This document shows positions 1 through 9,784 of a DNA stretch of 32,000 nt, piece after piece. The notes below the pieces were generated by a model. The model saw nothing but the letters and a program-made list of their open reading frames with translations, ran no database searches and had not been told where the DNA came from. The DNA is taken from NCBI RefSeq assembly GCF_000015145.1, contig NC_008818.1, positions 600,001 through 632,000 of the forward strand, given 5' to 3'. The stretch comes from Hyperthermus butylicus DSM 5456. Its GTDB lineage: Archaea; Thermoproteota; Thermoprotei_A; Sulfolobales; Pyrodictiaceae. Both the position numbers and the translations under genes were made by a program. The number at the start of each line of letters is the position of its first letter. Position 1 is the stretch's first letter.

Positions 1-435
1 TCCGGCCCACTGGCGTTTATCGCCACCGCCCTCGAGCCATAGGAGTTTTACGCTTCTCTCTCCTGTATCGTAGGCGTGTACATGGCTATACTTGTTTGTG
101 AAGCTTATTACCGACCTGCCATCGGCGGTGTGGAGTACGTCGGTTGGTGCGTGAACCCAGCCCCCGAAGTATATGGTGCCATCCACTGCCACGGAGGCGT
201 TGTAGGTGTCGCCGCCGGAGCGTGGCGGCTTGCCAATGTGCTCGAAACGGTATATTCTTGTCTCGCAGTCGTCGTGGTGGAAGAATGCTATAGCTTCAAA
301 CGCTAGGGTGTAGTAGAGGGTGCCTCGGTGGTATAGTAGGCCGTAGACCCCACCGCCTCCCCATTCTGGGGAGAGGCTATTGGATGGCAGCTCGAGCTTC
401 GAGAGGATGCAGTCGAGCCCGGCCACACATTCCAC
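1..435 (-). CDS. hypothetical protein, 5' part only (gene continues past the left edge)
   Basis: The minus-strand frame (forward triplets phased from nt 1) has no stop across all 435 nt. GTG start at 435-433, 4 nt after the stop (442-440) of the upstream oxidoreductase gene, which is operon-like spacing. Translation is MECVAGLDCILSKLELPSNSLSPEWGGGGVYGLLYHRGTLYYTLAFE...DGTIYFGGWVHAPTD, Gly/aromatic-rich with a beta-repeat flavour. It is absent from the ORF track only because it has no stop in the window. Track ORF 76..306(+) is its antisense shadow. Confidence 0.45.
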   Translation of the reverse strand, partial: MECVAGLDCILSKLELPSNSLSPEWGGGGVYGLLYHRGTLYYTLAFEAIAFFHHDDCETRIYRFEHIGKPPRSGGDTYNASVAVDGTIYFGGWVHAPTDVLHTADGRSVISFTNKYSHVHAYDTGERSVKLLWLEGGGDKRQWAG

Positions 436-439
436 CCTC

Positions 440-1630
440 CTAGCCTAGGACTAGGCCCTCCGGTATGAGGCGGCCCTCCCTAAACCTGTCCGGGTTGTAG
501 GGCTTCATGTGTGGATGCTCCTTGTCTTCGGCGATGAGTTTTGCGAGAAGCTCGCCGGCATAGGGTGCCATCATTAGGCCGTGACCGCTGTAGCCCGTGT
601 CAACGTAGAGGCCCTCCGGCCACTCAGAGCCCCTGCCAAGCACGTGGCTGTGGTCGGGGGTTACGTTATAGGTGCCGCTCCAAGCCCGGAGGATGCGGAG
701 GCACGAACCACCCTTCAGAAGCCTCGCTAGCAGCCGAGCAGTGGCTCGGAGCCATTCGAGGGATACACCGCCAAAGTCTAGCGTCTTCGGATCCCTGGTC
801 TTCCCGGTTGCTATTACCTCGCCCTTCAGCGTCTGCCCAATGTATGAGCCCTCCTCGAATACTATCACTAGGGGGCCTATGGTGTAGCGGTAGGGCTCCG
901 TCACCAGGAGGCTTTTACGGACAGGATCCAGGGGGAGATCAACGCCAGCTGTCTGGAGGAGACGGCGGCTCCAAGACCCAGCAGCAACAACCACTGTTCC
1001 AGCCCGGATGCTCCCGAAGCCCTCTACATGGACCCCAGCGACTCTGCTGCCGTTAACGAGTATCCGCTCAACCCTAGCACCCTCAACAATGGCTACGCCG
1101 TGTCTTGCAGCATAGGAGGCAAGAGCCATGGACATGTAGTCGTGGTGTAAGCTCCCATTCTGGGGACCAAAGACTCCAGCCACGAAGCCTTCAAGGTTTA
1201 TGTAGGGGTGCCGCTCAGCAACCTCCCCAATTTCGAGAAACCTTACTGGCACGCCGAGAGGCTCCCATATCTCCCTATTGACTTTACGGAGCTTCTCCAA
1301 GCTATCCTCACGTTGTACGAGCCAGAGGTAGCCCCGCCGAGCTATAACAGGGTTTACACCCGTTACCCTGGGTATTTCGAGTATCCTCCTGGCGGACTCC
1401 CTGGCGAATACAGTGTTCTCCCGGGAGAAGAAGTGTACACGGAACCTCCCAGCGTTTCTTGTCGTGGAGCCATAGAAAATGCTGTGCTGCTCGAGAACCA
1501 CAACCCTGCCAGGATACCCTATTCTTGCAAGGTAGTAGGCTAGGGCTAAGCCTGCAACGCCACCCCCAATAATAGCTATATCTGCCTCCCGTGGTGGCCT
1601 CTCCGTCACTATGCGCTGGGGGAGCGGCAC
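440..1630 (-). CDS. FAD-dependent oxidoreductase, DAO family (sarcosine oxidase beta / L-proline dehydrogenase beta-like)
   Basis: 396-aa track ORF. N-terminal Rossmann FAD motif DIAIIGGGVAGLALAYYLAR, and C-terminal GYSGHGLMMAPYAGELLA typical of DAO-family flavoenzymes. It lies 20 nt downstream of the alpha-like subunit gene on the same strand. Confidence 0.8.
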   Translation of the reverse strand: MPLPQRIVTERPPREADIAIIGGGVAGLALAYYLARIGYPGRVVVLEQHSIFYGSTTRNAGRFRVHFFSRENTVFARESARRILEIPRVTGVNPVIARRGYLWLVQREDSLEKLRKVNREIWEPLGVPVRFLEIGEVAERHPYINLEGFVAGVFGPQNGSLHHDYMSMALASYAARHGVAIVEGARVERILVNGSRVAGVHVEGFGSIRAGTVVVAAGSWSRRLLQTAGVDLPLDPVRKSLLVTEPYRYTIGPLVIVFEEGSYIGQTLKGEVIATGKTRDPKTLDFGGVSLEWLRATARLLARLLKGGSCLRILRAWSGTYNVTPDHSHVLGRGSEWPEGLYVDTGYSGHGLMMAPYAGELLAKLIAEDKEHPHMKPYNPDRFREGRLIPEGLVLG

Positions 1631-1650
1631 AATAGTCCACCCATCTCGGG

Positions 1651-3312
1651 CTATGCGAGTAGTGATACCTGGGGCAGGGATAGTGGGGGCCTTGCGCGGA
1701 AAACACCGATACTGTTGACGGGTACCCGGTATAGGTGCGAGAGGATGAGTGCAGCCGTGACGGCGCTGAATCGCCCCTGCTCCAGCCCGGTGCCGAGCCC
1801 AGTAGCTCTCTTCAACAGCTCCATCCCATGGTAACCCCTCTCCCAGGCCTCAATGACGTCTCCAAGCACGATATCCTCGTCGAGATCCACAAATTGTAGT
1901 CCCTTGACGCTGCTTGACAGTAGGACCGGCGGCCTAGTAGCCACGTCGGTGCTGTCGGGGCTGCAGCCAGCGATGCGCGACACCCTCCTATAGGCTTGGT
2001 AGGCTGCTTTCACATCCTCCTCGCTTGCCCTGCCGAGCCTCCACGCGGCAATGGCTCCTGCAAGCTCGCCACCAGCCAGCGCAGCCTCTAGCTCATAGTC
2101 TCCAGCTGCGCTGCCTGCAGGGATGAGCCACGATCTATCTTCCAACCAGCCCGGCTCGGGCCGGACAGGTTCCGGCACGATGGTGCCAACGCTGCTGCAG
2201 TAGGTTGCACGGTACCCCGCGGCGTAGGCTGCAAGCGCATTAGGATACTCGGACACCGCTGAGGCTGCAGCTTCGACCCGCAGATGTCTACCATCAACTG
2301 GTACCTCATCTAGCCTGCCACGGCCCTGGAACACGACCTCCCCGGCCTCAACAACCTCGACACGCCCCGGCGCGTCCCGCACTAACTGCTCACGGCGGGC
2401 CACAACGTACACTTTCTCCACCTTCTCAGCGAGAGCCTCGGCAACCTCCATGGCCCACGGCCCAGCACCTATGACGGCTATGCTGCGCGGCCGGTAGCCA
2501 GCCTCAACGAGTTCTAACAGGTAGGAGGCAGAGACCACGCCGGGCAAATCATTGCCAATGGCGAGGGGTGGGGGAGCCTCGGACCCAGCAGCGTAGACTA
2601 CCGGGATGCCCCTCCTAGCGAGGAGAATTGAGTCGCTAGCTACAACAGCATGGCCCTCGTCGTAGAGGCCTATGTAGCTGGCGCCCGTGAGTATTTTCAC
2701 CCTCCCACTCCTCTCCACGGCCTTGACGAGCCTCCTAGCAGCCTCGCTAGCCTCACCGCCGAGTAGGCGGACAAACCCGCCGAGAACACTTGTGGCCTCG
2801 GCTAGAACCACCTTGACGCCATACTCGGCTGACTTGGCTGCCGCTGCTAGCCCGGCAACACCAGCCCCAATAACCAGCACGCGATCAGAGACATCTACTA
2901 TGCTGCGGCTAGCAGTGCTGCAGGGAGCCTCTACGCTGGGCAGGGGCTCGTAGCCAGCGAGTCTTCCAGCAGCAGCCACGACCACACTGTACATCTTCGC
3001 TCTCAGCTTTCCATGGAGGCCTGCGGGGGATAGTAGGCCCGGCGCAAAAGCCTCGATAAACCTGCTGGTTAGCGGCTGCGAGGGGTAAAGCTCCACCTCT
3101 CCATCGAACCCTATTGGACAGGAGGCGCAGACATAGACGTTAGCTGTGGCTACATAAGCCCTGTTACCCGGGCACCACGGCCTGGAGCAGTAGGGCCACC
3201 TTGGACGGCGATAGCGAAGGCTAAGCTCTAGCCCTACGAAACCGCCGTAACCCCTTAGAACCTCCAGATCCGGACGCTGGCCTCGGCCCACGGGGATACG
3301 GCGGGGCGGCAA
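1651..3312 (-). CDS. FAD/NAD(P)-binding oxidoreductase, sarcosine oxidase alpha / HcnB / proline dehydrogenase alpha-like subunit
   Basis: 553-aa track ORF with two dinucleotide-binding motifs (VLVIGAGVAGLAAAAKSAEYGVKVVLAEA and SIAVIGAGPWAMEVAEALAE). The N-terminal segment is Cys-rich (WPYCSRPWCPG...VCASCPIG), resembling a fused small Fe-S subunit. The C-terminal FVDLDEDIVLGDVIEAWERGYHGMELLKRATGLGTGLEQGR resembles the SoxA A3 domain. No folate-binding (GcvT-like) extension is present. Confidence 0.7.
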   Translation of the reverse strand: MPPRRIPVGRGQRPDLEVLRGYGGFVGLELSLRYRRPRWPYCSRPWCPGNRAYVATANVYVCASCPIGFDGEVELYPSQPLTSRFIEAFAPGLLSPAGLHGKLRAKMYSVVVAAAGRLAGYEPLPSVEAPCSTASRSIVDVSDRVLVIGAGVAGLAAAAKSAEYGVKVVLAEATSVLGGFVRLLGGEASEAARRLVKAVERSGRVKILTGASYIGLYDEGHAVVASDSILLARRGIPVVYAAGSEAPPPLAIGNDLPGVVSASYLLELVEAGYRPRSIAVIGAGPWAMEVAEALAEKVEKVYVVARREQLVRDAPGRVEVVEAGEVVFQGRGRLDEVPVDGRHLRVEAAASAVSEYPNALAAYAAGYRATYCSSVGTIVPEPVRPEPGWLEDRSWLIPAGSAAGDYELEAALAGGELAGAIAAWRLGRASEEDVKAAYQAYRRVSRIAGCSPDSTDVATRPPVLLSSSVKGLQFVDLDEDIVLGDVIEAWERGYHGMELLKRATGLGTGLEQGRFSAVTAALILSHLYRVPVNSIGVFRARPPLSLPQVSLLA

Positions 3313-3496
3313 GGATGAGCACTTCCAGCAGCCTGGGAGGGTGGTGAAGGAAAATAAGCTCTCCCACCAATCAGCACTATATGCGCTAGTCCCACAGGTT
3401 GCGCCCCCGCAGCCCAGACAATATTAGGGGTGGTTACAGCCAGCGGCTGGGTGAATCCTGCAAGAAAAGCGGCCACGCAGGTACCCCCAGGGGCCG

Positions 3497-4087
3497 ATGC
3501 CTCTGTCAATACAGCCCAAGACCCTCGAGGCATGTAAGATGGGGGGGTGGGGAGCCACGGTACAAATCCCGCTGGACTACGTGTGTGTCAAGAGCGGCGT
3601 GTTGTGTCCCCGCTGCCAGAGCCTTATCGACACGGGTGCTGTTGAAGAGCGAGAAGTAGACATTATGAAGGTGCTAATAGAGCTCGAGGAGAGTGAGGGT
3701 GTACAGCTACTAAAGAAGGCAACATACTACAAAACGTATTTCATAGACAACGACATGGTGATAATAGTAATGGATCTCGGCGTCGGCACCAGCGTCCCGA
3801 TATTCACCAGGTATGCCAGGCAGGTAGAGCAGAAGCTAAGAGAGAAGCTTGGCACCCGCGTAAAGATAATACCGAAGGCGAGCGATGTACGTGGCCTAGC
3901 AACACACCTCCTCTACCCTGCAAGGGTGCTAGGAGTAAACACACTATGGCTGCCAGATGGCAGCATAGAGTACGTCGTAAGGATACCCCGCCGCGACGAG
4001 GAAAGGCTCGGCAAGGCAAAGGAGCTCTATGAGCGTATACTAACAGAGCTTCTCGGGAAGAGAACGAGGATAAAGTCCGGCTACTAG
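3497..4087 (+). CDS. conserved archaeal Zn-ribbon + KH-like RNA-binding protein (NusA-like, tentative)
   Basis: 196-aa track ORF. It has a CVKSGVLCPRCQ zinc-ribbon-like half site, and its C-terminal half (LLYPARVLGVNTLWLPDGSIEYVVRIPRRDEERLGKAKELYERIL) recalls the NusA KH-region pattern (xxPAxVxxV...V.V). An internal ATG at 3539 (MGGWGATVQ...) is an equally plausible start. The functional call is from memory of the family and is unverified. Confidence 0.5.
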   Translation: MPLSIQPKTLEACKMGGWGATVQIPLDYVCVKSGVLCPRCQSLIDTGAVEEREVDIMKVLIELEESEGVQLLKKATYYKTYFIDNDMVIIVMDLGVGTSVPIFTRYARQVEQKLREKLGTRVKIIPKASDVRGLATHLLYPARVLGVNTLWLPDGSIEYVVRIPRRDEERLGKAKELYERILTELLGKRTRIKSGY

Positions 4088-4131
4088 CTGTCGCAGCTTT
4101 TGGCATGGAAAACTCCAATATGGATTTTTGA

Positions 4132-4153
4132 AATCACTAAATAATCACTAAAT
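4132..4153. repeat. perfect tandem duplication, 2 x 11 nt (AATCACTAAAT)
   Basis: Read directly: aatcactaaat (4132-4142) is followed immediately by aatcactaaat (4143-4153). It lies in the AT-rich spacer between the NusA-like gene and ORF 4207. Confidence 0.9.
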
Positions 4154-4206
4154 ATTAGACGTAAATTATAGGATATTCGTAAGCTCCTCCTCGATATTGA
4201 TTAGCT

Positions 4207-4578
4207 GTGCTCACTAGCTCTCCACAGAAGGGGCTAGATGTGAATATTTCATCAATTAAGCAAACATTATTGGTTATCCTCACGGTGGTGGCAATTTTAG
4301 CCGTAGCGGCTGTTGTAATACAAAAACATGGTAGCAATACAGCGGAACAACTCTGTACTGGAGCAACATGTGACGAAAACGTCTGTGATAAAGGTGTAAT
4401 AGTATCGATATCGTCTCCCGAAGAAGCTCTTAGGTGTCCCGGTGCAAAAATCCTGGTAATAAAACCTTTAGTTAAGGAGGTGGATGTTGTATCGGGGACA
4501 AGGTATGTGAAAGTACCGGTTAACATTACATATATTCCCACCTCATATGCATTCAGGGACTTTTACAAGCTCCCTTAA
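4207..4578 (+). CDS. small membrane-anchored protein with Cys-containing ectodomain (hypothetical)
   Basis: 123-codon ORF (GTG start) that stays open through clearly AT-rich DNA, where stops should be frequent. It has a clear TM helix (TLLVILTVVAILAVAAVVI) followed by CTGATCDENVCDKG...RCPG and a beta-rich tail. A TATA-like aaattata sits about 40 nt upstream. The opposite-strand ORF 4155..4541 is less protein-like. Confidence 0.45.
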   Translation: MLTSSPQKGLDVNISSIKQTLLVILTVVAILAVAAVVIQKHGSNTAEQLCTGATCDENVCDKGVIVSISSPEEALRCPGAKILVIKPLVKEVDVVSGTRYVKVPVNITYIPTSYAFRDFYKLP

Positions 4579-5764
4579 CAGTATAGTTGCATACATGCCC
4601 CTCTCGAGCCAGAATGATACGGCTGTGCGGTTGCTGCTGAGGACCTGCGCTTTCAGCTCGCGTGCTACCGTGTAGACTGGCCTCCAGTATGGCTTTAGCC
4701 GTGGCACATAGCTTGGCGGCTCTGCGAGCTCCCCTGGGCGTTAGGCCGGCAAGTTCGATGGCCTCCATTAGCAGCTTCCTGGCCTCGCCGTCTACGCCGA
4801 TTCTGTAGCCTATGCCTGGTACTAGTGCTAGGGGCCTCCCACTGTCCTCTTGCCGTTCGCCGCGGAGCTTCTCGCCTAGGTCATAGCCGTAGCGTGTTCG
4901 GAGCGAGAGGTAGAGGTTGAAGATGTATGCTTGTACAGCCCCGATGAAAACCTCCATTATGCTGCGTGGTATGCGGCGAATAGCCTCCAGGGGGTCCCCA
5001 GCCGACTCGGCCATCCACGCCTCATACATTCCCCGTGGGCAACCCCCATCCCTCCACATGGAGAGTCTGCACCGTGTGATGACGCTAGACTCGTCCGGGT
5101 ACGCGGCGGCTACAGCCTCGTAGAGTGCCGCGTCAACCTCGCCCCTCAACAATAGTATGCCGACTGTATGCGTGTTCGGGCGTCTCGTCCCAAACCTCTG
5201 ATAACCATAGTATGCTGGGAGCCTCCTACCCCGAAGCACATCCAGGGCCCCGAGAAGCCCCCCGGTATCACCGGTTTCGAGCACTATTGTGAACCTGTTA
5301 CCCCGGAGCCTTCCCGGCCGCGGACACGCCTCGAGGCGGCCGGCGAGACGAGCCCACAGATTGTCGAGGACGATGTAGCGTGGCGGCTCCTGGGGGCACG
5401 GCGTACATACAGCTTGCACAGTGGTAGCTTCAGTGTCCTTGAGCCCTAGAGCCTTCAGGAGGGATGCTTTGACGCCGAGGGCGCGGGCTAGGAGGCGCAG
5501 AGCCTCATGGGTAGATAGGCTCCTCTTGCCAACGATGTAGACGCAGAAGCGCCCAGTGCCTCCCAGCTCCAGGCCGTGATCCTCAACCACTATGAAGCTC
5601 CTCTCCCGGGGCGCCGCTATGCATGCCACAGGCTCGGAGTCAAGCACACGGTACCATATCCCGACGTGTAGATCAAGAATACTCGAGGCAGGATACACGG
5701 GACACCACCGCACTGGTACCCGGATGTTTCGATTAGACCCGGGATAGTTCATGTAGAGCTCCAT
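4543..5764 (-). CDS. truD: tRNA pseudouridine synthase TruD, reading frame interrupted by a frameshift near 4712-4722
   Basis: Signature motifs are PAYYGYQRFG and the catalytic-Asp motif LGLKDTEATTVQ. Track ORF 4553..5764 ends in an atypical tail. The adjacent frame, open from 4740 to the stop at 4545-4543, reads ...YVPRLKPYWRPVYTVARELKAQVLSSNRTAVSFWLERGMYATILLRELVKVPECI*, which is the canonical TruD C-terminus (F-x-L-x-x-G-x-YAT-x-x-LRE). Confidence 0.85.
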
Positions 5765-5932
5765 GCACGGTATGGATGCTACAGCCTACTTTTGGCCCAG
5801 AAGCTCTTGGTGAACCCTATATCCGCAACGGTCACCGCCAGATCTCCCATTACGTTCACATAGCTAGGAACATACACGCAGCCGCAGAGGTCATGGTAGG
5901 TCACCCGTATCGGGGGTATCCGCTGGCTTGGG

Positions 5933-6397
5933 CTACCAGAGTGTTGGTACTCCAAACTTTTCCGCCACATAGGCTAGGTCCTTGTCGCCGGTAAGTATGG
6001 GTATGTTGAGGCGGAGCGCTAGCGCTATCACTGTGGAGTCCACAATGCTTAGTCTCCTCTGTCTCAGCAGAGGGTTGCTGGAGTTCCGGAGGAACTGATC
6101 ACCCTTACTCTTAATTTCAGCTGCTTTCACCCAGTCGGCAAACTCTACTCTCTCCACCTTAAAGTATGATGTTAGGAATGTTACCACTTCGTCTACAGTT
6201 TTAAGGACTGGTATTCTGCCCCGGTGCCAGTGAACCAAGTACTCGTAAGCCACTGTTACAGGTATGATACCGACAACGCGTCTCTCCCTAACCTGTTCTA
6301 GGAGACTGGCAGCCGTACTGCTCAACTCACCGTAAGCCATTGCTAGCAATGTGTATGTATCGATAATCACCTTCTTGGCTTTCTCGCTTCTAGCCAT
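5933..6397 (-). CDS. vapC: PIN-domain ribonuclease toxin VapC
   Basis: 154-aa track ORF with PIN pattern (KKVIIDTYTLL...; DSTVIALALRLNIPILTGDKDL). A GTG at 6370-6368 overlaps the vapB stop as GTGA and would give MIIDTY..., a more typical PIN start than the ATG at 6397. Confidence 0.8.
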   Translation of the reverse strand: MARSEKAKKVIIDTYTLLAMAYGELSSTAASLLEQVRERRVVGIIPVTVAYEYLVHWHRGRIPVLKTVDEVVTFLTSYFKVERVEFADWVKAAEIKSKGDQFLRNSSNPLLRQRRLSIVDSTVIALALRLNIPILTGDKDLAYVAEKFGVPTLW

Positions 6398-6612
6398 GCC
6401 TCTTCCTCCTCGTCAAGCTCCCTCTCGGCCTCCTCCGCAGAGCCCTTGCAGCAGCTCCAAACCCTTTCCCATAGATCAAGCGGCTTGAGTACTACCTCGC
6501 CATCCCTCACGCACACTTGCAGCAGTGTACCTTCCTCTATGTGCAACTGCTCTCTCACACTCTTCGGTAAAACAATAACACCCTTCCTGCCCACTCGTAC
6601 AGTTAAACACAA
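6367..6612 (-). CDS. vapB: AbrB/SpoVT-family antitoxin VapB
   Basis: 81-aa track ORF (TTG start) with the swapped-hairpin AbrB motif VRVGRKGVIVLPKSVREQLHIEEGTLLQVCVRDGEVVLKPL. It lies immediately upstream of vapC and overlaps it. A TATA-like cctatattag sits on the minus strand at about 6651-6660. Confidence 0.8.
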   Translation of the reverse strand: MCLTVRVGRKGVIVLPKSVREQLHIEEGTLLQVCVRDGEVVLKPLDLWERVWSCCKGSAEEAERELDEEEEAWLEARKPRR

Positions 6613-6839
6613 ATGTCACACCCATAGGTTAGACTCGTTATGCGTACAGACTAATATAGGAGACTCTGCTGAAAATCCGTCCAGGTATAGACTTCGGGCA
6701 TAATCACTGTAGACTTTCATGCCAATGTGAATCGGAATACCTAGGGTAGGATGCGTCGTATTGCCTACGTTACACTTGGGCGGTTTACGTGTAAACCCCT
6801 CGGGGGAGTAATGCCAATCCTAGTTTTTAGCATGTTTCA

Positions 6840-7949
6840 TCAGCGGCTCGGTATTGATTTTCCTGCTATGTATGTGCCACGTAGTGGTATAGGGTATCCA
6901 CAACGTGGACAGCGGCACCTACCATTGCTGCAGTCTAGGTTGTAGTACGTGACGCGGTACCCCTCCCTTCTTATGAGCAGCTTGCCGCACCTTGGGCACC
7001 GGGTAGACTCTAGCTCCGGGTCGCCCACGTTGCCAACGTATACGAACTCTATGCCGGCCCTCCTAGCCTTCTCCCTCCACTCTAGCAGCTTCCCTATGGG
7101 TGTTGGCGGCTTGTGCCAGCGGTGGGCTGGGTAGTACCGGTTGATGTGGAGTGGTACCTGGTGGCCAAGGTTTGATATGTGCTGGTCTATTATCCACTCA
7201 AAGCATTCTGGGTCGTCGTTTGCCCCTGTCACCACTAGGTGGACCATTTCTACGTGGCCGCCGAGGTCTATTATCCTCCTCGCATTCCGGAACACCACGC
7301 TATGGTCTATCGCGGGGAGTATCCCCTTCCCCTTCATCCCCGGGCAGCCCTTGATGTCTATGCTCCACCCGTCAACCCCCGCCTCGGAGACCAGCACGTC
7401 TACAGCCTTCAGGGTGAAGTATGCGTTGGTGACAATTGTCGCGTAGAGGCCGTAGCGGCGGCCCAGGCTGAACACCTCGACGAGATAGTCGAAGAGCGTA
7501 GCTGGCTCATTGAAGCTCGCGCATAGACCCTCATCGCCGGCTCGCAGGGCCTCCCTCACGAGCACCTCGGGCTCCACGACCGGGTCGTCGGGGCGTGGGT
7601 GGCGGAAGCTGAGGGGATAGTTCTGGCACCATGGGCAGTAGAAGTTGCAGCCCCACCCAGAGAACGTTAGCGCCGTACTGTTCGGCCAGTAGTGGAACAA
7701 CGGCTTGATCTCGATGGGCCTGCTCTCGGCGGCGCTAAGTCTCCCATACCCCACGTGCACTAGTACGCCTCCCTCGTTGAGGTAGTTGCCGCAAGCGCCA
7801 CGGGCACCAGGCGCTATGGGGCACCGGCGCTCGCAAACCAGGCACCTGGCAAACCCCGGCCTATCCCGTAGGGGCTCCCAGAGCCGAGCCCTACGGGCAC
7901 CCTTCCAGCTGATAGAGTTGCTGGGCTGCTTGGCGGGGAAACCTATAGC
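6840..7949 (-). CDS. AmmeMemoRadiSam-type radical SAM enzyme (PflA-like activase family); conserved N-terminus lacks a canonical start codon
   Basis: Track ORF 6840..7760 contains IEIKPLFHYWPNSTALTFSGWGCNFYCPWCQN (CxxxCxxC) and a C-terminal Zn ribbon (CPRCGKLL...CRCPRCGYP). The same frame stays open upstream to the stop at 7952-7950 and encodes ARLWEPLRDRPGFARCLVCERRCPIAPGARGACGNYLNEGGVLV. This is the family's conserved N-terminal Cys cluster, but there is no in-frame ATG/GTG/TTG in 7761..7949. Confidence 0.8.
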   Translation of the reverse strand, partial: AIGFPAKQPSNSISWKGARRARLWEPLRDRPGFARCLVCERRCPIAPGARGACGNYLNEGGVLVHVGYGRLSAAESRPIEIKPLFHYWPNSTALTFSGWGCNFYCPWCQNYPLSFRHPRPDDPVVEPEVLVREALRAGDEGLCASFNEPATLFDYLVEVFSLGRRYGLYATIVTNAYFTLKAVDVLVSEAGVDGWSIDIKGCPGMKGKGILPAIDHSVVFRNARRIIDLGGHVEMVHLVVTGANDDPECFEWIIDQHISNLGHQVPLHINRYYPAHRWHKPPTPIGKLLEWREKARRAGIEFVYVGNVGDPELESTRCPRCGKLLIRREGYRVTYYNLDCSNGRCRCPRCGYPIPLRGTYIAGKSIPSR

Positions 7950-7980
7950 CTAGCCACCCCCCGGAATACATCATACATGG

Positions 7981-8721
7981 ATGTGGGGTTCCTTGAGGCT
8001 ATCCCGCCTGGGTCTCCTTGCGGTCCTGCTGGCAGCATATCTTGCCTCCATGTATTATATCGGGGTGCTCGTGGGTAGCGGCTACTCCGTGGATGTTGTG
8101 GAAAAGCCCCTGCCTCAGCCGGAAAAGCTGTCGTTCGATGACTACGCCTTCTCCATGTTCCATGTCTCGATGAGGATTTGGGGGCTCGCCTATGAAAAGG
8201 TCTACGTTGACGCTACAGCGGAGCCGCTAATACTACACGGCTACCACTTTACCGAAGGGCTGGTCTGCGAGAGGGTGCAAGGAGCAGAGGACATCTATGA
8301 GTGTCGCGGCAGTGGCTACATATACAAGCCCGTCGGCTTCGTGGAGGAATATGTCTCTGGCGGCGGGGAGACCATCAACTACTACTCTGGCTGGATTATC
8401 GTGCTGCTCTACAGTATCCACCAGGCCGTATTTGCTGCGGCAGTACTTGCACCGGTTGCAGCCGGACTATACTCCTATGGTCTGGCAAGACTGGGGCTAC
8501 GGGGCAAGGCCTACCTAGCGGTCTCGGCGGCGGGCATCGCGGCGCTGGTCGCCGGCGGCCTAGAGGGCCTAGCGATGATTCCTAGTCATGTGCCCGGCCT
8601 TTACCCGCCACTAGCAGTCTCCACGGCATCTGCAGTCGTGGCAGCATTTGCGGCTCAGGTGCTGGCCTACAGGTGGACGTTGCGCAGGAGTTCGGGTAGG
8701 TCTACATCGCAAACGAGCTAG
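7981..8721 (+). CDS. hypothetical integral membrane protein
   Basis: 246-aa track ORF. It has an N-terminal hydrophobic segment (LLAVLLAAYLASMYYIGVLV) and several C-terminal Ala/Gly-rich TM segments. I recognise no family. Confidence 0.5.
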   Translation: MWGSLRLSRLGLLAVLLAAYLASMYYIGVLVGSGYSVDVVEKPLPQPEKLSFDDYAFSMFHVSMRIWGLAYEKVYVDATAEPLILHGYHFTEGLVCERVQGAEDIYECRGSGYIYKPVGFVEEYVSGGGETINYYSGWIIVLLYSIHQAVFAAAVLAPVAAGLYSYGLARLGLRGKAYLAVSAAGIAALVAGGLEGLAMIPSHVPGLYPPLAVSTASAVVAAFAAQVLAYRWTLRRSSGRSTSQTS

Positions 8722-8925
8722 TAACCTGGGTAGGGGGCTGGTGTGGCTCGGCGGATGCTCTCCAGGGTGGAGCCCGCAGCTGTCGTGGATGCTTTCCGGG
8801 GCCCAGCAAGCTAGATGCATGCTCGCCAAATAGCTAGGCGAAACAATATCTACCCGTATTGGCTGTTTATTCAGAGAGGCTTGGCTGCGAGTGGAGTTAT
8901 AGCCTATGCTCATGCAATACCTTGA

Positions 8926-9666
<741 letters not shown>

Positions 9667-9784
9667 CAATCCCGCTGCTCAGAGGCACTATACGCGGAAA
9701 GGAGGGCCACTGGAGAGGCCATGGTCTACACAAATCACGCCCCCTTCCCGGCACGCGTCTAGGCTGTTACCTCTCCGCTTTCGT

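Noticed and set aside
76-306. 76-aa plus-strand track ORF at the left edge
   Set aside because: It is fully contained in a longer minus-strand frame that is open across 1-435 with operon-like spacing to the upstream gene, and its sequence is not protein-like.
4155-4541. 128-aa minus-strand ORF mirroring ORF 4207..4578
   Set aside because: Only one of the two overlapping ORFs can reasonably be real. The plus-strand product has a clean TM helix and an upstream TATA-like box, and the minus-strand product does not.
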